From Polyangiaceae bacterium (lineage in GTDB: Bacteria > Myxococcota_A > Polyangia > Polyangiales > Polyangiaceae), in contig JBGANF010000192.1 in assembly GCA_044222475.1 (NCBI GenBank), forward strand, positions 1-12,146: a DNA stretch of 12,146 bases, given 5' to 3'. Under the pieces are notes generated by a model. That model was not told the DNA's origin and did no database searches. It saw only the letters and a list, made by a program, of their open reading frames with translations. The position numbers were made by a program, and so were the translations under genes. Shown in pieces: positions 6,342 through 12,146 of the stretch; within the stretch, counting starts at the first letter, position 1, and the number at the start of each line of letters is the position of its first letter.

Positions 6342-7747
6342 TGGCGTCCCCCAACTTGCCCCAACCCAACGACGCCGACATCACGATGGATCCGAAGGTC
6401 CGCCTCGAGGACCTCGTCGATCGCCAAGGCCTGAGCGAGCTCTGCCAGAGCTTCTTCGCGCTGTTCGGGATCCCGATCCGCATCTTCTCGAACGACGGAG
6501 CGGTCCTCGCCGACGCCACGCGCGAGCACGAGGTCTGCGCCTACGTGAACACGATCGCCTCGGGGCGCGCGGCGTGCGGTGCGACGGTCGGCGCGGCGAA
6601 GGTCACCGAGCCCGGACCCGATGGCGTGACCACTCACCCGTGCTTCACCGGTCAGGAGTACCGGATCGTCGCGGTGACGTACGAAGGACGGCGGATCGGC
6701 CGCGTCATCCTCGGCCCATACCTCCCCGCCGAGCTCGCCGAGGTTCCGACGTCGTTCTCGGATCTCGATCCCGCGGTCGACCTCGATCGCGCGCGCCGCT
6801 CGCTCCTGAAGGTCCCGCGAGCGAAGATCGAGACGGTCGCGCGCATCGCCAAGCACCTCGCGGCGACGCTCGATCTGATCCTCTTCTCCGGGCACAAGAC
6901 GCTCCTCACGAGCCAGATGCACCTGGCGAGCGTGCGCGAGAGCTTCCGCGAGCTCACCGAGAAGAACCAGCGGCTCCAGGAGGCGTACGATCGGCTGAAG
7001 GAGCTCGACCGACTCAAGTCGAACTTCCTCGCGACCGTCAGCCACGAGCTCCGTACGCCGCTCACCTCGATCATCGGCTACAGCGAGATGCTCTCGGAGG
7101 GCATCGCCGGCCCTCTCACCGACGAGCAGCGCGAATTCGTCGCCACGATCCAGTCGAAGGGGGAGCAGCTCCTCTCGCTCATCACGAGCTTGCTCGACAT
7201 GTCGAAGCTCGAGAGCGGCACGATGAGCGTCCGCAAGATTCCCATTTTGGTACAAGACGTCCTCGCCGAGGTGCACAAGACGCTGGCTCCGAGCGCCCGC
7301 AAGAAGGACGTCAACCTCGAGATCTCCGGCGACTTGAACCTTCCGCGCATCAAGGGCGACCCGGAGCGCTTGCGTCAGGTCTTCGTGAACCTCGGCGACA
7401 ACGCGATCAAGTTCACCCCGAAGGACGGCACCGTGGCGTACAAGCTCGCCGTCGTCTCCGGGGACGACTCCGACGAGGATGGTCTGAGCCTCCTCGCTCC
7501 AACTCACGCGAGCATCGAGGTCCGCGTGACCGACACCGGCATCGGCATCCCCGACCAGGAGAAGGCGCGCGTGTTCGACGCGTTCTACCAGGTCGACTCG
7601 TCGTCGACGCGCGAGTACGGCGGAACGGGCCTGGGCCTTGCGATCGTGAAGCGCCTCGTGGAGGCCCACCAGGGGACGATCACCATCCTCGACAACGAGC
7701 CTCGCGGTACGCAGTTCGTCGTGCGCATTCCGCTATCGGGCGAGTGA
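6341..7747 (+). CDS. Cytoplasmic sensor histidine kinase with N-terminal PocR-like ligand-binding domain (468 aa)
   Basis: ATG 6341 overlaps the GTPase stop (TGATG). PocR-like pattern L..L.QSF....GIPIRIF..DG, C.......C, C..G, G...IG....GPY; H-box SHELRTPL; N-box NLGDNAIKFT; G1 DTGIGI; F box FDAFYQ; G2 GGTGLGL. No TM segment seen. Confidence 0.9.
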   Translation: MASPNLPQPNDADITMDPKVRLEDLVDRQGLSELCQSFFALFGIPIRIFSNDGAVLADATREHEVCAYVNTIASGRAACGATVGAAKVTEPGPDGVTTHPCFTGQEYRIVAVTYEGRRIGRVILGPYLPAELAEVPTSFSDLDPAVDLDRARRSLLKVPRAKIETVARIAKHLAATLDLILFSGHKTLLTSQMHLASVRESFRELTEKNQRLQEAYDRLKELDRLKSNFLATVSHELRTPLTSIIGYSEMLSEGIAGPLTDEQREFVATIQSKGEQLLSLITSLLDMSKLESGTMSVRKIPILVQDVLAEVHKTLAPSARKKDVNLEISGDLNLPRIKGDPERLRQVFVNLGDNAIKFTPKDGTVAYKLAVVSGDDSDEDGLSLLAPTHASIEVRVTDTGIGIPDQEKARVFDAFYQVDSSSTREYGGTGLGLAIVKRLVEAHQGTITILDNEPRGTQFVVRIPLSGE

Positions 7748-7751
7748 CCCC

Positions 7752-8684
7752 GTGAGTGAGGCGACCCGAATCGAGGCGCTTCGCGCGCTCTTCGCGGGTC
7801 AGGGAGGCGCAGGTGCTCCGGGGGTTCGCGTCGGCATCGGCGACGATGCCGCGGTGCTCACTCCGCCGCCGGGCGAGCTCGTCCTCACGGTCGACGAGCA
7901 GGTGGAAGGAACGCACTTCCGCCGCGAGTGGCTCTCGCTCGCCGACCTGGGCTACCGCGCGACGATGACGGCCGCGAGCGACGTCGCGGCGATGGCGGCG
8001 GTCCCGTGGGTGCTCGTGTCTGCGCTGGTCCTCCCCGAGTCGATCACCGACGCCGAGCTCGACGAGCTCGCCGGCGGTCAGCGCGACGCGGCCCGCGAGC
8101 TCGGTGCGTCGGTCGTCGGCGGCAACCTGGCGCGCGGCGCGGCGCTGTCGATCGCGACGACGGCGCTCGGCGTCGCAGCGTCGCCGGTGCGCCGCAGCGG
8201 GGCGGTCGCGGGCGACGGGATCTGGCTCGCCGGTGGCGTGGGCCTCGCTGGCGCCGCGTGGCGCGCGCTCCTCGCCGGCGTCGATGCGCCGCCGTCCGTG
8301 CTCTCCGCGTGGCGCCGCCCGCGGGCGCTCGTCGCCGAAGGACGCCGCATGCACGGCGTGGCGCACGCCGCGGTCGATCTGTCGGACGGTCTCGCGCGCG
8401 ACGCGTCGCACCTCGCGGCGGCGAGTGGCGTGCGCGTCGTGCTCGACGGTCGAGCGATCGACGCGCTCGTGACGCCGGACCTCGCGCGCGCAGCCGGCGC
8501 GCTCGGAGTGGCCGCGCGCGCGCTGGTGCTGGGCGGTGGGGAGGACTACGCGATCCTGTGCGCGTCGCCCGTACCGATCGACGGCTTCGTCCGCATCGGG
8601 GAGTGCGCCACCGGCGAGGGCGTGGTCGTTCGTGACGAAGGCCGCGACGTCGCGATCGACGCCGGGTTCGATCATTTCGCATGA
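7752..8684 (+). CDS. thiL: Thiamine-monophosphate kinase
   Basis: GIGDDAAVL, D..VEGTHF, SDVAAM, VGGN, RSGA..GD, DLSDGLARD, GGEDY and terminal GFDHF. Confidence 0.95.
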   Translation: MSEATRIEALRALFAGQGGAGAPGVRVGIGDDAAVLTPPPGELVLTVDEQVEGTHFRREWLSLADLGYRATMTAASDVAAMAAVPWVLVSALVLPESITDAELDELAGGQRDAARELGASVVGGNLARGAALSIATTALGVAASPVRRSGAVAGDGIWLAGGVGLAGAAWRALLAGVDAPPSVLSAWRRPRALVAEGRRMHGVAHAAVDLSDGLARDASHLAAASGVRVVLDGRAIDALVTPDLARAAGALGVAARALVLGGGEDYAILCASPVPIDGFVRIGECATGEGVVVRDEGRDVAIDAGFDHFA

Positions 8685-9625
8685 AACGGATCGCCTCCGC
8701 GCTCGCCTCGATCGTCGTGCTCTCGGTCGCGTCCACCGCCGTCGCCGAGCCGGTGGTGAGCCTCGAGTACGTGGCGCCCGACGCGTGCCCGACCGCGGCG
8801 GACATCCAGCGTCGCCTGGAGAGCCGGCGGGTCAAGGTCTCGCAAGGACTCGGCGTCCACGCGGAGATCACGATCGTGCGGCGCGGCGCATCCTTCGAAG
8901 GGACGGCGAGCACGAGCACCGGCGTGCGGCGCTCCCTCGACGATCGAAGCTGCGAGAGCCTCGCCGACGCGCTCGCGCTCGTGGTCGCGATCGCCGTGAT
9001 CGACGCTCAGGAGGCGAAGCCGCCACCACCGGACGTCACCCCTCCGCCAGCCGTCTCCGCCGAGCCGAAGCCCCACGCGCACGGCTCGTTCGCCGTCGGC
9101 GTGAGCGTGGCGGTCGCGAGCGCGCTCTCGCCTCGGCTCGCGGTCGGAGGGATCGCGTTCGCCGAGCTCGATCCCGTGCGTCGAGGCGCGTTCGAGCTGT
9201 CGCTTCGCGCGTCCATCGGCGCGCTGTCCGCCGGCGCGGTCGACGTCGATCCGGGCACTTCGTCGAGCCTCCCGCGCGCGTCGTTCACTGCGGTCCTCGG
9301 TCGGCTCGATCTGGGCGGCCTTCGCATCGACGCCGGCGCGGTCGAGCTGCGCCTCGCCGCCTCCCTGGGCGTCGGCGCGCTGCGCGCCGAGGGTCTGGAC
9401 GTGCGCCTCGCGCGGACGGCCTGGGCTCCGCTGCTCGACGTGGGGCCGGCCCTGCGGGCCCGGGTTCGCCTGGGTCCGGTGGCGCTCGAGCTCGGTGCAA
9501 CGCTGCTTTTTCCCCTGATTCGGCCGCGTTTTTTCTTCGCCCCCAACGACTCCACCGTGTTCGAGGTCCCGCCGGTCGGCGCCCAGGCGTTCGCCGGGAT
9601 ATCGCTTCCCCGCGACTTTCCGTGA
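8681..9625 (+). CDS. Exported protein: signal peptide, small two-Cys N-terminal domain, Pro linker, C-terminal amphipathic beta-strands (possible outer-membrane beta-barrel)
   Basis: MKRIASALASIVVLSVASTAVA signal peptide; ATGA overlap with thiL; alternating hydrophobic strands such as FAVGVSVAV, FELSLRASI, LRARVRL, ALELGATLL; Phe near the C-terminus. Confidence 0.65.
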   Translation: MKRIASALASIVVLSVASTAVAEPVVSLEYVAPDACPTAADIQRRLESRRVKVSQGLGVHAEITIVRRGASFEGTASTSTGVRRSLDDRSCESLADALALVVAIAVIDAQEAKPPPPDVTPPPAVSAEPKPHAHGSFAVGVSVAVASALSPRLAVGGIAFAELDPVRRGAFELSLRASIGALSAGAVDVDPGTSSSLPRASFTAVLGRLDLGGLRIDAGAVELRLAASLGVGALRAEGLDVRLARTAWAPLLDVGPALRARVRLGPVALELGATLLFPLIRPRFFFAPNDSTVFEVPPVGAQAFAGISLPRDFP

Positions 9626-9648
9626 TCAGTCCGCCCGTTTCCGGGAAT
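9622..9648 (+). promoter_or_regulatory. Bipartite motif GTGATCA-N13-CGGGAAT, copy 1 (putative ECF-dependent promoter)
   Basis: Same half-sites and same spacing as 11619-11645; lies directly upstream of the ECF sigma gene. Confidence 0.65.
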
Positions 9649-9682
9649 GGCTCATGAAGTAGTGTCGAACGGGGTCCTCTTC

Positions 9683-10225
9683 ATGACGCAGGCCGAAGCT
9701 CCGATCGCGCAGAGTCGCGACGCACGCCTGCGCGCGCTCGTCGATGCCCACATCGACGCCACGGCTCGCGTCCTGCGCCGCCTCGGGGTGCGCAGCGGAG
9801 ACGTCGACGACGCGGTTCAGCAGGTGTTCCTCACGCTCGCGCGCCGCCTCGACGACGTGGAGGAGAACGCCGAGCGGGCCTTCCTCTATCGCACCGCGCT
9901 CAACGTGGCGGCGCACGCGCGCCGCACCGTCGCGCGTCGGCGCGAGGTCGACGAGCCGAGCGGGGAAGGGCCCGTCTCGACCGCGACGTCCGCCGAGGAG
10001 CTCGTCGACCGACGGCGAGCGGCCGAGATGCTCGAGCGCGTCCTCGACGCGATGGAGGACGACGTGCGCGAGGTGTTCGTGTTGTTCGAGGTCGAAGAGC
10101 TGTCCATGGCGGAGATCGCCGAGCTGCTCTCCATCCCGCCGGGGACGGTCGCCTCGCGACTGCGCCGCGGGCGTACCGATTTTCAGGAGCGCGTGGCGCG
10201 ACTTCGCAAGGGAGGCATCAAGTGA
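9683..10225 (+). CDS. ECF (group IV) RNA polymerase sigma factor
   Basis: Region 2 DVDDAVQQVFL...AFLYRTALN; region 4 REVFVLFEVEELSMAEIAELLSIPPGTVASRLRRGR. ATG 9683 preferred because ATG 9647 overlaps the putative -10 element. Confidence 0.92.
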   Translation: MTQAEAPIAQSRDARLRALVDAHIDATARVLRRLGVRSGDVDDAVQQVFLTLARRLDDVEENAERAFLYRTALNVAAHARRTVARRREVDEPSGEGPVSTATSAEELVDRRRAAEMLERVLDAMEDDVREVFVLFEVEELSMAEIAELLSIPPGTVASRLRRGRTDFQERVARLRKGGIK

Positions 10226-10830
10226 TCGGCGAATCGACTCTTCTTTCCGAGACCGAGGATCCGATCGAGCGCGCCTTGCTCCTCGAAGCGCGTGACTACC
10301 GCGCTTCGGACCGGGCGCGGGCGGCCACGCTCGCCGCGCTGGGCCTGCACGGCGGCCCATCGGGAGGTGGCACGAGCGGAAGCGGAGCGCTCGGGGCGGG
10401 CAAGGTGGTGCTCGCTCTCGCGGTCGTGGGCGCTGCTGCGGCGGTGGTGTACTTCGCCTTCGCGGATCCGAAGCCACCGGTGACGACGTCTGCTCCCACG
10501 GCTCCGATCGTGACCGCTCCGACCGTCATGGCGTCGATCGCGGAGTCGTCCGCGGCGCCGGTCGAGAGCGCCGCCCCGCCGGCGACCGCCGTCGTGTCGG
10601 TCGCGGTGCCGAGCGCATCGATGCACACACCGGCTCCACGGGACACGGGGCCCTCGCTCGCCGACGAAATCCTCCTCATCGACCGAGCGCGCTCCGCGTT
10701 GTACGATCACGACAAGGAGGGTTCGCTGCGTGCACTCGACGAGTACGACAAGCGGTTCCCACCGTCGAAGCCAGGCCGCATGGCGCCGGAGGCCAAGAGC
10801 CTTCGCGAGCGCGCTCTTCGTCTGCCTTAG
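10222..10830 (+). CDS. Putative membrane anti-sigma factor: short cytoplasmic N-terminus, one TM helix, Pro/Ala/Ser/Thr linker, C-terminal TPR-like helical pair
   Basis: GTGA overlap with the sigma stop; TM helix VVLALAVVGAAAAVVYFAF; C-terminus LADEILLIDRARSAL...LRALDEYDKRFP. Confidence 0.7.
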   Translation: MIGESTLLSETEDPIERALLLEARDYRASDRARAATLAALGLHGGPSGGGTSGSGALGAGKVVLALAVVGAAAAVVYFAFADPKPPVTTSAPTAPIVTAPTVMASIAESSAAPVESAAPPATAVVSVAVPSASMHTPAPRDTGPSLADEILLIDRARSALYDHDKEGSLRALDEYDKRFPPSKPGRMAPEAKSLRERALRLP

Positions 10831-11599
10831 TCTCTCGGTCGCTGTCCCGGCCTGCAGCGTCGACTACGAGCTGGGTACGCTGGACGAGCCGCCGAGCCTC
10901 GGCGCCAGCGGTGCGCCCCTCGGCATCGTCGCGACCGACGGAGCGCGCCTCTACGACTTCGACGCGGTGACCGCCCAGTTCGGCCCGGGCCGCCCGCTCG
11001 CAGGTTGCGATCTCCCGATCGTCGAGCTGACCCGGCGCGAGCGCGGCGAGCTCTTCGCCGCGGGCTGGGCCCACGGCGTCGGCGCGCTCTACCGCGTTCG
11101 GGAGACGGGCGAGTGCTTCGCGACTGCGCGCTTCTCGATCGGCTCGTCGTGGGCGATCGCGTTCGTCCCACCGCCGAGCGGCTTGGTGTCGGGGACGCTC
11201 ATCGGCGACGAGGGCGGGCGCCTCGTCACCATCGACGTGCTCGGCGCCCAGACCGAGATCCTCAAGCGTCCCACGATGGGACAAGTCACGGGCGACATCG
11301 TCGTCACGGCCGATGGCGATGCATGGCGGTCGCTCTCCGACGCGCTCGGGCGCGTGTCGCTGCAGCGGATCGATCCTCGTACCGGCGTCGTGCGCGACAG
11401 CTTCGTCGTGGCTTCCGGCGATCCGCTCGACGGTCTCGTCGAGGCCGACGGGGCGCTGATCGGCTTCACGCACGCGGGCAAGGTCGTGCGGCTGAGCGTG
11501 GTCGGGGGAGCCGTGGAGATCGCGCCGATCGCGACCACTGGCGGTCCGGCCACGTTCACCGGCGCCGCGTCGGCGTGGGCCGGCGGCGCGCCGCGCTGA
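10730..11599 (+). CDS. Putative lipoprotein, probable beta-propeller
   Basis: SD AAGGAGG (10714-10720) 9 nt before GTG 10730; RRRPRAFASALFVCLSLSVAVPA-C lipoprotein signal; blade-like repeats LYDFD, LYRVR, LVTID, LQRID, VVRLS about 40-45 aa apart. Confidence 0.7.
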   Translation: MHSTSTTSGSHRRSQAAWRRRPRAFASALFVCLSLSVAVPACSVDYELGTLDEPPSLGASGAPLGIVATDGARLYDFDAVTAQFGPGRPLAGCDLPIVELTRRERGELFAAGWAHGVGALYRVRETGECFATARFSIGSSWAIAFVPPPSGLVSGTLIGDEGGRLVTIDVLGAQTEILKRPTMGQVTGDIVVTADGDAWRSLSDALGRVSLQRIDPRTGVVRDSFVVASGDPLDGLVEADGALIGFTHAGKVVRLSVVGGAVEIAPIATTGGPATFTGAASAWAGGAPR

Positions 11600-11618
11600 C
11601 GCGCTCACGCGCGATGGA

Positions 11619-11645
11619 GTGATCAACCGGAGCGCTCGCGGGAAT
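11619..11645 (+). promoter_or_regulatory. Bipartite motif GTGATCA-N13-CGGGAAT, copy 2 (putative ECF-dependent promoter)
   Basis: Identical half-sites and spacing to 9622-9648; intergenic, followed by GGAGG (11654-11658) and ATG 11664. Confidence 0.65.
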
Positions 11646-11663
11646 CTCACACTGGAGGTTCCG

Positions 11664-12146
11664 ATGCGTCACGTCGCTCTGATCACCGCAACGTTCGCCG
11701 TCGTCTGCGCTTGCACGAACGATCCCGGAGTGACCGGCGACGCTGGACCTGACGTGAGGCCGGGCGATGCCGGCCGCGACGTCGACGCGAGCCCACCCGT
11801 GGACGCCGGCGGTTGCGCTCCCGGCGACGTCTCGAGCTTCAGTCCCAATTGGGTACCGCCGAAGCCGGCGTCGTCGGCCTGCACGCAAGCCAACATCGAC
11901 CAGTACGCGAAGGACTGCCTCGATCCGCAGACAGGGAACACCACCGCGTGCAACGCGTTCCAGACCGCGAACAAGGCGTGCGTGACGTGCCTCGTGACGC
12001 CGGAGAGCGCGACGACCTACGGTGCGGCCATCCAGGGCTCGAACGGCGTGATCAGCTTGAACGTCGGCGGGTGCATCGCGCTCCTCTCCGGCGATCTCGG
12101 CGCCTCCGGTTGTGGCGCGAAGTACGAGGCGAACCGCCAATGCGCC
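11664..12146 (+). CDS. Cys-rich lipoprotein, 3'-truncated (absent from the ORF track because it has no stop in the window)
   Basis: RBS GGAGG; hand translation MRHVALITATFAVVCAC-TNDPGVTGDAGPDVRPGDAGRDVDASPPVDAGGCAPGDVSSF...ACTQ...DCL...ACNAF...ACVTCL...GGCIALL...GCGAKY; frame open to the window end. Confidence 0.8.
   Translation, partial: MRHVALITATFAVVCACTNDPGVTGDAGPDVRPGDAGRDVDASPPVDAGGCAPGDVSSFSPNWVPPKPASSACTQANIDQYAKDCLDPQTGNTTACNAFQTANKACVTCLVTPESATTYGAAIQGSNGVISLNVGGCIALLSGDLGASGCGAKYEANRQCA

Noticed and set aside
6094..7755. 553-aa alternative-frame ORF, 449-aa antisense ORF and the 6176 start for the kinase
   Set aside because: Shadow frames of the kinase gene; a 6176 start would overlap the GTPase by 166 nt, whereas ATG 6341 is coupled to its stop.
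7752..8684. Functional link between thiL and the flanking signalling genes
   Set aside because: Nothing beyond adjacency supports it; housekeeping genes are often embedded in mixed operons.
11556..12140. Minus-strand ORFs 11556-12140 and 11669-11974
   Set aside because: Antisense to the RBS-supported lipoprotein gene starting at 11664.
1..12146. CRISPR array, tRNA or rRNA genes
   Set aside because: No regularly spaced direct repeats or recognisable structural RNA sequence; nearly the whole window is protein-coding.

Overview
GC-rich bacterial DNA; the gene families (SofG/MglA GTPase, PEGA-like membrane protein, ECF module, Cys-rich lipoprotein) point to Myxococcota, probably Polyangiales (inference). 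In order: the 3' part of a type II homoserine kinase gene (+); a small orphan gene (-) enclosed by ~70-bp imperfect inverted repeats that are themselves hairpin-like; an M48 metallopeptidase + dynamin-like GTPase operon (-) with a good sigma70-type promoter; bcp peroxiredoxin + PEGA-like membrane protein (-); a divergent run sofG-like GTPase, PocR-domain histidine kinase, thiL, exported beta-rich protein (+); then ECF sigma factor, membrane anti-sigma-like protein, lipoprotein and a Cys-rich lipoprotein truncated by the window end (+). Main observations: the inverted-repeat gene cassette at 460-1088; an exactly repeated bipartite motif GTGATCA-N13-CGGGAAT upstream of both the ECF sigma gene and the last lipoprotein (candidate ECF promoter); the M48-dynamin pairing; and the SofG-PocR kinase coupling.
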